From: an uncultured Lentisphaerales bacterium
GTDB lineage: Bacteria; Verrucomicrobiota; Lentisphaeria; JABSQK01; UBA12247
Direction of reading: 5' to 3'
Assembly (NCBI GenBank): GCA_943788985.1
Contig: CALSSJ010000023.1
Location: forward strand, 64,001-128,000
Length of the DNA: 64,000 nt
Position numbers and translations under genes: made by a program. The notes beneath the pieces are model-generated. The model did no database searches and was not told the origin of the DNA. It saw nothing but the letters and a program-made list of their open reading frames with translations. Below, in pieces: positions 42,047 to 52,433 of the stretch (within the stretch, counting starts at the first letter, position 1; each line of letters begins with the position of its first letter).

Positions 42047-43839
42047 TGCGATTCTCCTTCTCCGGATGTGATGGTTAATGGTGCGTACTCACTGCCAGAC
42101 CACTGGATGCCGACATGTCCCGAGTACTCAAGCAGATTCAAACGAACGCCATGGACCACGACTGCCAGCGCGGCCAAGATCATGTTGACAGCATGCCCAA
42201 CGACCAAGATCAAGACTGCGGCACCTGCGGCCACTGCCCCCTTGCCGAGCCCGGCTGCTATTTCATTAAAACTCGCGGCAATGGCGAATGTGGCCATGCC
42301 TGCGGCGAAGAGACGGATGTAGCTGACAATGTCCGCAAAGCAGGCGATTACCTTGCCAAGCAGTTCGGCTAGTCCCAGCCCGATCGTCTTGAAAATATTC
42401 TTGCTTGGGGCGGTGAAGAAGAGGATAAAGCTAGCCCCGCCCACCATCAGCCAGCGCGCCGGATCCGGCAATGGTGCGTCCATTACCATCAGTCGCACGA
42501 CGAAATACATCCCCCAGACGAACAACATCCAGCCCAGTTCGCCCAGTGCCCGCAACGAGTTAGACATCCGCATCGCGGCCAGAGCATGCGCCAGCGACAG
42601 GTGCGTGGCCCCAATGATGAAGCAGATTTCCATCATCGGCCCGGTGCTGTCCTGTTCGAGACTGAACACATCAAGCGATGCGATCGTCATCGAATCGACC
42701 CACGGAAGCGCGCGGAGCCCGCTCGAGCCAAACCAGTTCCCGGTAATCGCGCCCCAGATGACAGTCACAATGCCGAAAACAAAGCCCAAATTCAACAGTT
42801 CTCGCGGCGGAGTCTTGAGCTTGATATAGAGGCCAGCACACATCACCATGATCAGAACACCGTAGCCAGCATCGCCGATCAGGATCGCGAAAAACAGCGT
42901 CAGAAACAGCATGAAGCTTCTGCTGATGTCCACCTCGGCATAGCCCGGAAAGACATTGATCATCTTAAACACCGCGCCGATCCCGTCCAACCAGGCTGGG
43001 TTGCGGATCAGTGTTGGGGGCTCGTGGTGTTCATAAGGATCATCCACGACAATCGCCCAACCATGCTCTGTAGCCGCGGATTGCACCGCTTCCACTTGGT
43101 CGAATGGGATAAAACCGTGCAGGTAGCGCACCACCGATTTCTCAGGCATCGCCATCGCGACCAGAGCGAGCTTCAGGCGGTCCTCTGCTACCAGCCATGC
43201 CTTTTCCAGCTGGTCTCGAAGCGCAGCAAGCTCACTCATTCGTGCTCTTGCAGCCTCTATCTGTCGCTCCATGTCCGCAAGGTTATCGCGGAGGGAGGAA
43301 AGCGATGCCGATGGCAGTTCTAATTCGTTAAGCGGCAGCGTTGCTGGCTCACCGCGTTGAATAGTCGCCACGTAGACCGTGCGCTTTTCTCGGCCGATTA
43401 TCTGAATCGGCACCTCGCTGGGGATCTCGGCCAGTTGCTTTTCATCTCCGGAATACAGCCGTACGTGCACCCCAGCGCTCGGCGCCAGCGCCTGCAAGGC
43501 GGCTGGGTCGAAATCACCAAGAGGCGAATATTGCTGAATCGTAGTCGCCAGCGTCCGGCCTTCCTTCTGGCCTTCCGAGATCTGCTCGCGAAGCGTCAGA
43601 ATTTCGCCAGCTATGGCCGCTGCGCAGTCCACAGATTCGCGCTGTTCAACCTTCGGCAATCTGTCCAGCTGGCGGACAGCCTGGGCAAACTTATTCACCT
43701 CGGCGCGGAGTTCGCTCGGATCACTCTCTGGGTGGTCCATATCCAAATGAAGTGTTCCTAACGCGGCCAGATGCTGTACTGCATCCGCTGTATCCTCGCT
43801 GCGCACAATCACCGTGACGTGCTTCATGGGTACGATCAT
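42043..43839 (-). CDS. atpI: V-type ATP synthase subunit I
   Basis: MIVPMK start, PPTL, GDAGYG, DIVSYIRLFA, VHGVRLNLLE. Confidence 0.92.
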   Translation of the reverse strand: MIVPMKHVTVIVRSEDTADAVQHLAALGTLHLDMDHPESDPSELRAEVNKFAQAVRQLDRLPKVEQRESVDCAAAIAGEILTLREQISEGQKEGRTLATTIQQYSPLGDFDPAALQALAPSAGVHVRLYSGDEKQLAEIPSEVPIQIIGREKRTVYVATIQRGEPATLPLNELELPSASLSSLRDNLADMERQIEAARARMSELAALRDQLEKAWLVAEDRLKLALVAMAMPEKSVVRYLHGFIPFDQVEAVQSAATEHGWAIVVDDPYEHHEPPTLIRNPAWLDGIGAVFKMINVFPGYAEVDISRSFMLFLTLFFAILIGDAGYGVLIMVMCAGLYIKLKTPPRELLNLGFVFGIVTVIWGAITGNWFGSSGLRALPWVDSMTIASLDVFSLEQDSTGPMMEICFIIGATHLSLAHALAAMRMSNSLRALGELGWMLFVWGMYFVVRLMVMDAPLPDPARWLMVGGASFILFFTAPSKNIFKTIGLGLAELLGKVIACFADIVSYIRLFAAGMATFAIAASFNEIAAGLGKGAVAAGAAVLILVVGHAVNMILAALAVVVHGVRLNLLEYSGHVGIQWSGSEYAPLTITSGEGESQ

Positions 43840-44435
43840 GCCGCGCTCCGGAGCTTCTTTTTCGAAATCTTACCGCGCACCACAGCCGCGGTTTGTTGAT
43901 CGCCGAGAAATAGCTGAATATTTCGAATATTGTGCTTTGTCTGTGGAATCATAACCTTCTCGAACAGGTTTACCCGTTGCGAGGTAACCCGAAGTTCCTC
44001 AGCGATGAGCGTTTCCTGCTCCTCCAGCACCACGATAGTGGATTGTAGCTCAAACAGCTCTTTGATCGCGCGGATGGCGCGATCGAACCACAGCGGCTTC
44101 TCGAACAGGTCATAACGCAAGTCCGCAAAGGTCACCCCTTCGAACACAGGGATGTCCACGCCAGCGATGTTTCCAGTGCCTCGGCTGATACTTTCTATCT
44201 GGATAAAATCCCCGACCGACGGGTCATCATTCAATAACCCGATCCAAGACGTCGTGGCCGCCGTCAGCGCGTCCAAACGCACACGCGTCGTCTCCGCCTC
44301 GCTACGGATACGCCGAAGCTCCACAGTCAGCTGTGTCTTCTTCAATTCAAGCATCGGCAGATACCGCTTGAAGCGCTTCAGTTCGTCTTTACAACGCTTC
44401 AGCTCTTGCTTGGTGAGTTTTACCTTTGCGGCCAT
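43836..44435 (-). CDS. atpD: V-type ATP synthase subunit D
   Basis: LPMLELKK, TSQRVNLFEKVMIP. Confidence 0.92.
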   Translation of the reverse strand: MAAKVKLTKQELKRCKDELKRFKRYLPMLELKKTQLTVELRRIRSEAETTRVRLDALTAATTSWIGLLNDDPSVGDFIQIESISRGTGNIAGVDIPVFEGVTFADLRYDLFEKPLWFDRAIRAIKELFELQSTIVVLEEQETLIAEELRVTSQRVNLFEKVMIPQTKHNIRNIQLFLGDQQTAAVVRGKISKKKLRSAA

Positions 44436-44448
44436 GTGTGGCGCTCCT

Positions 44449-45744
44449 TCAGGCAGCCGGCCAGAACTTGTCGATCAACGCACTACGCATCCCCACTTCG
44501 TCCTTGTCAAAGCATCGTGCACAGATACTCCAGCACCGATCCAGCGCAGCTTCCAACGGAATGTTTACCGACAGGTCCATGATCTCGGCCTCGAACAGCT
44601 CGCCGAAACGCACAAGCTTGTCGTCCCAGTCACTCATTTTGAAGCCCATCGCGCGCTTCTCGAGCGTCTCGCGGGTCTGGGCATAGAGGCGAATCATCGC
44701 GTCCATGACATCACGGTGGTCTTCACGGCTATCTTTGTTGACCAGCTGCTTAAGGCGGCTCAAGGAGCCAAACGGGTCGATTCGCCCGTCGCGCAGATAG
44801 TATTGGCCTTCGGTGATGTAGCCTGTGTTGTCCGGCACGGGATGCGTGACATCGTCACCGGGCATCGTCGTCACACCAAGCGTTGTCACCGAACCAGCGC
44901 CTTCAAAGTCCACAGCCTTCTCGTAGCGTCTGGCCAACTGGCTGTACAAATCGCCCGGGTAACCGCGGTTCGATGGCACCTGCTCCATCGTGATCGCGAT
45001 CTCCTTCATGGCATCCGCAAAGTTTGTCATGTCAGTCAACAGGACCAGTACATTCTTGCCTTCGACCGCGAAGCGTTCGGCGACAGTAAGCGCCATATCC
45101 GGGACAAGCAGGCATTCTACGACTGGGTCTGCCGCCGTATGCACGAAGAATATAGAATTCCCCAGCGCGCCACCGTCTTCGAGCGTCTGCTTCAGCGTCA
45201 GGTAGTCATTGTACTTCAGGCCCATCCCACCGATCACGATCAAGTCCACTTCGGCCTGCATCGCGATGCGCGCCAACAGCTCGTTATACGGCTCACCAGC
45301 AATGGAAAAGATTGGCAGCTTCTGCGACATGACCAGCGTGTTAAACACGTCAATCATCGGGATGCCGGTACGAATCATCTTGCTCGGGATAATCCGGCAT
45401 GCCGGGTTTACCGACGGCGTATTGATCTCGATCATGCAGTCCGTCAGCTGCGGCCCGTTGTCCAGCGGCTGGCCTGCACCATTAAAAATTCGTCCGAGCA
45501 GATTCTCAGAGAATGAAACTTGCATGCCGTAGCCGAGGAATCGCACCTCGTCTCGCGTCGAGATCCCCGCTCCGCCGGAATACACCTGCAGGAAGACCAA
45601 GTCGCCTTCAATACGAATCACTTCTGCCAAGGCGTCGCCCTGCGCGGTGGAGACAATCGCCAACTCGCCATAAGCCACGTCATCTGCGGCCAGCGCAATG
45701 ACATTCCCGGAGACCTGGTCAATCTTTGTGTAAATTTTTTGCAT
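44449..45744 (-). CDS. atpB: V-type ATP synthase subunit B
   Basis: [40 protein letters not shown]. Confidence 0.95.
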   Translation of the reverse strand: MQKIYTKIDQVSGNVIALAADDVAYGELAIVSTAQGDALAEVIRIEGDLVFLQVYSGGAGISTRDEVRFLGYGMQVSFSENLLGRIFNGAGQPLDNGPQLTDCMIEINTPSVNPACRIIPSKMIRTGIPMIDVFNTLVMSQKLPIFSIAGEPYNELLARIAMQAEVDLIVIGGMGLKYNDYLTLKQTLEDGGALGNSIFFVHTAADPVVECLLVPDMALTVAERFAVEGKNVLVLLTDMTNFADAMKEIAITMEQVPSNRGYPGDLYSQLARRYEKAVDFEGAGSVTTLGVTTMPGDDVTHPVPDNTGYITEGQYYLRDGRIDPFGSLSRLKQLVNKDSREDHRDVMDAMIRLYAQTRETLEKRAMGFKMSDWDDKLVRFGELFEAEIMDLSVNIPLEAALDRCWSICARCFDKDEVGMRSALIDKFWPAA

Positions 45745-45746
45745 GA

Positions 45747-47471
45747 TTAGTTCCCCGACGCCAACAGTTCGGTAATCTCAGCTTCCTTCGCCCGAAACTC
45801 GTCCGAGTCCCAAGCCAAGTAATTCCAGTCCACGAATGCCTGGCGCAGCTGGTTAAAAAAGCTCCGCGCATCTTCCTTTGCCGTCACTGCGGACTTCGCG
45901 ACCAACAGATCGGACAACAGGTTGAAGACATACTTCTGTCGTTCCTCAGAGCAGTATGAGTCTACGTCATCGAACGCATTCTGCTGCAGGTAGACCGAGT
46001 CTAACAGCTCCGCCTTGAGGTACAGAATAAAGTCATCCAAGCTCACGCCTTCCTCTCCCACCACCGTCATCATCTGGCGGATTTCATCAGCGCTTTTCAT
46101 CATAGCCCGCACTGTTGCCACCCGCTGCGGGTCGACCACGCCTTGGTACTTGCTCCAACTCTCCAGCGGGTCGATTGAGGGAAAGCGTCGCGCGTCTGCC
46201 CGTGCTTTGGACAAACCATGGAATGCACCCACCACTTTGAGCGTGCTTTGCGTAACCGGCTCCTCAAAGTTACCGCCGGCCGGACTCACCGTCCCGCCGA
46301 TACTTAGCGTGCCAGTCTCTCCGTTATTCAGCTTGACCACGCCAGCCCGTTCGTAGAACGCAGCAATCCGTGATTCCAGATATGCCGGAAAGGCTTCCTC
46401 ACCCGGAATCTCCTCCAGTTTCCCGGACATCTCGCGCAGTGCCTGAGCCCAGCGGCTGGTCGAGTCCGCCAGCACCAGCACATCCAGGCCCATCTGCCGA
46501 TAGTACTCGCCTAGGGCCACCCCGGTATAGACCGACGCTTCACGCGCTGCGGTCGGCATTGAGCTCGTATTACAAATCACAATCGTACGCTCCATCAAGC
46601 TGCGGCCCGTTCGCGGGTCGATCAGCTCAGGAAACTCTTGCATCAACTCCACCACCTCACCGGCGCGCTCACCGCAGGCGGCCACGATCACAATATCGAC
46701 CGTAGCATGGCGGCTCGTGATGTGCTGCAGCACCGTCTTGCCAGCACCAAACGGCCCCGGAATACAGAACGTGCCGCCCTTCACAACTGGAAAGAACGTA
46801 TCGATCGCCCGGGTACCAATCACCAGTGGTTCTTCCGGCATCAAGCGCTCTTGAAACGCCTCGACCGACAACTTCACCGGCCAGTCAAACGACATCGTGA
46901 CCAGATGGTCAAAGCCATCCTCGCCCTTCAGCACTGCCACCGTGTCGTCGATCTTATACTGGCCCTTCTGGACCAGTGAGTGAATCGTAAAGGCGCCGCG
47001 GAAGTGAAACGGCACCATAATCTTGTGCTCGAACAGCCCTTCCTGGACCCAGCCCAGCCAGTCTCCTGCCCGGACCGTATCACCTTCTACCATCAGCGGC
47101 TCAAACGTCCAGGATTTGCTGCCATCAAGCGGCGGCAGCGAAATGCCACGTTTCAGAAAGACACCATGTGCGTCGGCCAGTTTATTGAGTGGGTTCTGCA
47201 GCCCGTCATAGGTCATACCCAGCAAACCTGGGCCCACCTGCACAGACAGCAGTTGACCGGTGAACTCCACGCGATCCCCGCGCTTCAGCCCCGCCGTGTC
47301 CTCAAACACCTGCAGCTCTGCTTTATTGCCACGGATGCGGATCACTTCCGCCTTCAGTCGTTCTTCGCCGCGCACAGCGTAGGCGACCTCATTCTGACGG
47401 ACATAACTGTCGAACAACACGCCGATCAGATTTCCGTTGATCGATTCGATCTTCCCGGTTTGGACTGCCAT
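45747..47471 (-). CDS. atpA: V-type ATP synthase subunit A
   Basis: [38 protein letters not shown]. Confidence 0.96.
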   Translation of the reverse strand: MAVQTGKIESINGNLIGVLFDSYVRQNEVAYAVRGEERLKAEVIRIRGNKAELQVFEDTAGLKRGDRVEFTGQLLSVQVGPGLLGMTYDGLQNPLNKLADAHGVFLKRGISLPPLDGSKSWTFEPLMVEGDTVRAGDWLGWVQEGLFEHKIMVPFHFRGAFTIHSLVQKGQYKIDDTVAVLKGEDGFDHLVTMSFDWPVKLSVEAFQERLMPEEPLVIGTRAIDTFFPVVKGGTFCIPGPFGAGKTVLQHITSRHATVDIVIVAACGERAGEVVELMQEFPELIDPRTGRSLMERTIVICNTSSMPTAAREASVYTGVALGEYYRQMGLDVLVLADSTSRWAQALREMSGKLEEIPGEEAFPAYLESRIAAFYERAGVVKLNNGETGTLSIGGTVSPAGGNFEEPVTQSTLKVVGAFHGLSKARADARRFPSIDPLESWSKYQGVVDPQRVATVRAMMKSADEIRQMMTVVGEEGVSLDDFILYLKAELLDSVYLQQNAFDDVDSYCSEERQKYVFNLLSDLLVAKSAVTAKEDARSFFNQLRQAFVDWNYLAWDSDEFRAKEAEITELLASGN

Positions 47472-47477
47472 TCCGCG

Positions 47478-47999
47478 TTACTCCCGATTCATGATACCGG
47501 CCAGAACCTCGCGGCCACGTTCTACGTCGAACCGTGCCCAGCGTTCCAGCAATTGTAGTTGCAGGCGATAAATCACCACGCCAATAAGATCAAAACCCGC
47601 CTGCCCTGCCTGCAGGTCGTGTAAAAAGCGCCATCGCGCCTTGTCGAGCAAGCGCTCGCCCTCTAGCGGGCTCGGCGCCTCGACCACGCCAGTCAGCCAG
47701 GCATACGACGTATTCGCCATCGGGACAGCCCGATGCGAATCCCGTGCCGGCCAGGAAAGCTTTCTTGCCCGCAGCGCGGCCAGAGAGTTGCGCACGCCCG
47801 CATCCCAATCACGCCACCGCGTCAACACAGGGTGCTCCGAAGCACACAGCTCCAGCGTCGCGCTGTCCACCAACGCATAGTCCGCATCACCCAGCTGCGT
47901 CCGGCAAGTCGCCAAGAATTCCTCCGAAGCCACAGGGGGCTTTCCCGGAAATTTCAGGCTCGGTAAGCTTGCCAGCAGATAATAACAGTCGAGACGCAT
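47478..47999 (-). CDS. V-type ATPase operon protein, DUF2764-like (subunit C equivalent)
   Basis: YYLLASLP start, RW..G end; conserved slot between subunits E and A. Confidence 0.72.
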   Translation of the reverse strand: MRLDCYYLLASLPSLKFPGKPPVASEEFLATCRTQLGDADYALVDSATLELCASEHPVLTRWRDWDAGVRNSLAALRARKLSWPARDSHRAVPMANTSYAWLTGVVEAPSPLEGERLLDKARWRFLHDLQAGQAGFDLIGVVIYRLQLQLLERWARFDVERGREVLAGIMNRE

Positions 48000-48001
48000 G
48001 C

Positions 48002-48616
48002 TTATTTCTCGCGAATTAGCTCCGCGAGCTTCGAGTTCAGAAACGCTGCCACGATGTCACTCAGTCCTGCGCCAGTGAAATCCCATTGCACGTTACCTTC
48101 CCCGCGGCTGATGCGGAATCCGCTCGTCACTTGTCGGTGGGGCTGAATCGTACAATTCTCCAGCTCTTTCGTCAGCCGGTCGCCGAAGTGCTTCGCCAGC
48201 GCCTCCGCGTCCTGCTCGCCCACCAGCACCTGAAACTCCCCGCCGCCGGACTGCGTCCAAGTCTTCACGCAAGTTTCCAGCATCGTCCCGACCTGTGCTG
48301 GCGTCAGGGCCGCGGTCAGGTCTTGCCGGATCAAGCGACCCAGGATCGCCTGCAACTCACCTGTCAGGCTGAGAATCAAGTCTCGGCCCGCCTGTTGAAG
48401 TGCCTGATTCGATCGCGTTTCAAGCTGCGCCGCCGCCGCTTCCGCATCGCTCAGCTTCTGCTTTGCTTTTGCATCTGCGTCTAAAATAGTTTTCCGGGCT
48501 ATCGCCTCGGCATCTGCGATAATTTGCTCGGCCTGTTTTTTGGCTTCGCCAACACCGTCTTCATTGATCTTCTGAATCAACGCATCAAGCTGCACATCCA
48601 CGGTTGCTCTCTCCAT
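48002..48616 (-). CDS. atpE: V-type ATP synthase subunit E
   Basis: LIQKINEDGV, coiled-coil N-terminus, GF..DFT; first gene of the operon. Confidence 0.85.
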   Translation of the reverse strand: MERATVDVQLDALIQKINEDGVGEAKKQAEQIIADAEAIARKTILDADAKAKQKLSDAEAAAAQLETRSNQALQQAGRDLILSLTGELQAILGRLIRQDLTAALTPAQVGTMLETCVKTWTQSGGGEFQVLVGEQDAEALAKHFGDRLTKELENCTIQPHRQVTSGFRISRGEGNVQWDFTGAGLSDIVAAFLNSKLAELIREK

Positions 48617-48770
48617 TTGAGATTTGTGCGCGTGAGAGAAAGCCCGGTACTATCCGGGCGTGCGAGGAGTCCGCAATGGCTGCACGGCCCTTTATTCTAT
48701 AGATTGCGCGCACGCCCCACAGAAGTAGGCCTATAGTTGCCCTGTCGTTCGGCAAACTCCCAGGCAAGAT

Positions 48771-50241
48771 ATGACGCATTCTTCATCAACAGCTTCACCA
48801 ACTCTGTTTCAGTGCCAGAGTCGGCTGGGAAATCTAGTTGCGGAGTTCGCAACAGCCGACTGCCCCGTGCGGCGGGTGGTAGCCGACTCGCGCCAGGTGA
48901 TGCCGGGGGATCTATTCGTGGCCATCTCCGGTAGCACCGTGGATGGCTGCCGGTTCATCGATGACGCCATAGCCAAAGGGGCAGCAGGGGTGCTATATGA
49001 GGGATCCTCTCGTCTAGTCTCGGTGCCAGCCATCCGGGTTGCCGACAGTTACCGAGCTTGGGGCATTCTTGCGGAGTTCGCAAACTCTGATCTAGCCCGC
49101 CGCCTCACCTGGCTGGGCGTCACCGGAACCAACGGCAAATCTACCACCGCGCTGCTGTTGCAACATCTCCTGCGGCACGGCGGCCTGCGTTGCGGCCTGA
49201 TCAGCACCATTCACTACGACCTCGGCGATGGTGCCGAGCTTGAGGCCGACCGGACCACGCCGATGCCGGAGACCTTTCAGCAACTCGCCGCCGAGATGGT
49301 GGGTAACGGCTGCACCCACGCCGTCACCGAGGTCTCCAGCCATGCCCTGGCGCAGGGCCGAATGGGCCAGCTGCCATTTGCAGTAGCGGGGTTTACCAAT
49401 CTCACCCGCGATCATCTGGACTACCATCTGGACATGGAGCAGTACTTCGCAGCCAAGTCAAGGCTATTCCGGGACCATCTGAGCGGCTCTGCCGTAATCA
49501 TGACCGACTGCCCTTGGGGGCAACGCCTTGCGGAGTTCGCAACCCAACCAGTGACCTGCGCCCTGACGCGGGCGGCAGATTGGCGGCCTACGAACGTAAA
49601 GATGCGCGCGCACAGCACGCGCTTTCGCCTTCATGGCCAAGCAGTTGAGACGCCGCTGGTCGGGCCCTTCAACATTGCCAATACCGTCCTCGCGATCGCC
49701 ATGGCTGTCGAGGCCGGGATCCCCATCGCCCAAGTGTGTGCTGCAGTTGCGGCGTTCGCAGGCGTCCCGGGTCGGCTCGAGCACATTTCGGGCCCGCCGC
49801 CTAGCCCGACGGTCTTGGTCGACTATGCGCATACGGACGACGCACTCACCAATGTGCTGGCTGCAGCCCGTGAGCTGACCGCCGGTCGACTCATCGTGGT
49901 CTTCGGCTGCGGCGGCAACCGCGATCGCGGCAAGCGACCGCGGATGGCACAGGCGGCTGAGCATGGCGCGGACGTCGTCATCGTCACCAGCGATAATCCG
50001 CGCGGCGAAGCGCCCACGCAGATTCTGGCGGACATTCGTGCGGGGTTTGCAAAACCAGCCCTTGTCCAAGAGATCTGCGATCGGCGCGAAGCAATCGTTG
50101 CCGCAATCGCCAAAGCCAGGCCTGACGATGTGGTGTTTGATTGCCGGAAAGGGGCACGAGACCTACCAGGAGGTTTGCGGAATTCGCAACCCCTTTGATG
50201 ATCGGCAGGTGGTAAAGGAAGCGCTAGGCGCAACTTCTTAG
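48771..50241 (+). CDS. murE: UDP-MurNAc-tripeptide synthetase MurE (indel near 50138)
   Basis: [45 protein letters not shown] (meso-DAP type); AGKGHETYQ lies in the shifted frame ending at 50241. Confidence 0.94.
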
Positions 50242-50304
50242 CACATTTGAAGTCTTAGTTGGTCGGCCTAGCGATCTCAGATTATACACAGGATACTTTT
50301 TCAC

Positions 50305-50983
50305 ATGTTCTACTTGCTCATTATTATGATTCCGGGGCTATTGGCAGCGGCCCTGACCAAATCGACCTTTGCCAAATACTCGCGCATTGGCGCCCAACGC
50401 GGGCTGACCGGTGCAGAAGCTGCGCAGGCAATGCTGCGTCGCGCTGGTGTCTCCGGCTGCCGGATCGAGCCACATCGCGGATTTCTGAGCGACCACTATG
50501 ATCCAAGAGCGAAGGCGCTGCGTTTGTCGGAGGGCGTGTTCTACGGGCAGTCGCTGTCTTCTATCGGGGGTGGGCCCCCCTGCCATGAAGCAGGGCACGC
50601 GATTCAGGATGCCGAGAACTACGGCCCCCTTGGACTGCGCTCCGGGTTGGTGCCAGTCACCCAGGTCTGCGGGCAAACCTGGATATTCCTGATTATGGCT
50701 GGCATGCTCCTGCATGTTCCTGGGCTCTATATGGTGGGCCTGCTGATGCTGGCGGTAAGCGTCCTGTTCGCCATCGTCACGCTCCCCGGTCGAGTGGGAT
50801 GCCAGCAGGCGGGCCAAACTGGCCATGGCTGACGCAGGCTTTCTGGTAGGTGAGGAGAACCGTGGCGCCGCAAAGGTGCTGAATGCCGCGTTTCTGACCT
50901 ACCTTGCCGCGGCGGTAACGTCTATGTTCATGCTGCTTTACTACGCGCTCCCGCTGCTTGGCGGCGGAAGAAGTAACGACTAA
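50305..50983 (+). CDS. Membrane zinc metallopeptidase (YugP / Zn_peptidase_2 family; indel near 50787)
   Basis: LSDHYDP, HEAGHAIQ; shifted frame gives VEWDASRRA..KVLNAAFLTYLAA ending TAA at 50983. Confidence 0.85.
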
Positions 50984-51025
50984 GATCCCGGCGAGGCCTG
51001 GGAACAACTGGGAGAACGCCTCACA

Positions 51026-52412
51026 ATGAGGATGGAGAAAGATGCCCTCGGGCCAGTAGAAGTACCAGATGGCGCCTATTTTGGTGCGCAGACGCAGCGT
51101 GCCTGCGAGAACTTTCAGGTCGGAAACGAGCGCCTTCCGAGCGAGTTCATTCAGGCTCATGCCTTGGTCAAGAAAGCGGCAGCGATCGTCAATTGTGAGC
51201 TGGGTGGCCTAGATGCGGAGATCGCAACTGTCATTCAGGGCCCGCGGCTGATGAGGTGATCGCCGGGAAGTTCGACGCACACTTCCCGCTGGTGATCTGG
51301 CAGAGCGGCAGCGGCACGCAGTCGAACATGAATGTAAACGAAGTCATCGCGAACCGGGCGATTGAGATGATGGGCGGCACGATCGGGACCAAGTCTCCGG
51401 TGCATCCAAACGACCATGTGAATATGTCACAGTCCACTAATGATACCGTCCCGACATCCATTCATGTGGCCGCGGTCACGGCGATCGAGAACGACCTCCT
51501 TCCGGCGCTCAAGTCTCTCGCCGAAGTGTTCGAAGATAAGTCTGCGAAGTTCGCAGACATCGTCAAGATTGGGCGGACGCATCTGCAGGATGCGACGCCG
51601 TTGACTTTGGGCCAGGAGTTCTCTGGCTACGCAGCCCAATTGCGTGCTGCTGCCGGTGGTATCCAAGGCGTGCTGCCCCAGCTGCGTGAGCTGGCCGTGG
51701 GTGGCACTGCCGTCGGCACCGGTCTGAACACACGCACGGCCTACGCCACACGCATGGCAGAAGTCATCAGCGAGCTGAGTGGCCATGCCTTCGTCTCAGC
51801 CCCGAACAAATTCGCCGGGCTGGCTGCACATGATGCAGTCGTAGCCTGCTCAGGCTCGCTCAAAACGCTGGCCGCGGCAATGATGAAGATCGCAAACGAT
51901 TTGCGTTGGCTTGGCAGCGGTCCCCGTTGCGGCCTCGGCGAGCTACGCCTGCCCGCCAACGAGCCAGGCAGCTCAATCATGCCGGGCAAGGTCAATCCCA
52001 CGCAGTGTGAAATGGTCACTCAGGTAGCCTGCCAGGTCATGGGCAACGATACCACCATTACGATCGCTGGTAGTCAGGGAAACTTCGAACTGAACGTGTT
52101 CAAGCCACTGCTGGGCCCAACGCACTGCAGCAATCGATTCGGCTGCTTGCCACGGCCTGCGATTCTTTTGAGCGGCACTGCGTCTGCGGGATCGAGGCCG
52201 ATCGCAATAAGATCCAGGAGCATCTGACCAATTCATTGATGCTGGTCACCGCACTCAACCGTCATATCGGCTATGACAAGGCTGCGGAGATTGCACTCAA
52301 AGCATGGCGAGAGGAGCTGACGCTCAAGCAAGCTGCGTTAGCGCTCGAGTACCTGACCGACGCGGAGTTCGCAGCATGGGTTCGCCCTGAAGAAATGGTT
52401 TCTCCTACCTGA
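51026..52412 (+). CDS. fumC: Class II fumarate hydratase (indels near 51245 and 52110-52140)
   Basis: [72 protein letters not shown] in the final frame. Confidence 0.94.
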
Positions 52413-52433
52413 GAAACTGTATCGGAACCCTGA

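Noticed and set aside
44152..45516. 454-aa plus-strand ORF and similar long antisense ORFs (e.g. 20891..21835, 58716..59606, 59704..60840)
   Set aside because: Shadow ORFs opposite well-conserved genes in GC-rich DNA, with no recognisable motifs.
45747..47471. Intein in V-ATPase subunit A (also checked in RecA)
   Set aside because: Lengths are normal and motifs around the usual insertion sites are continuous.
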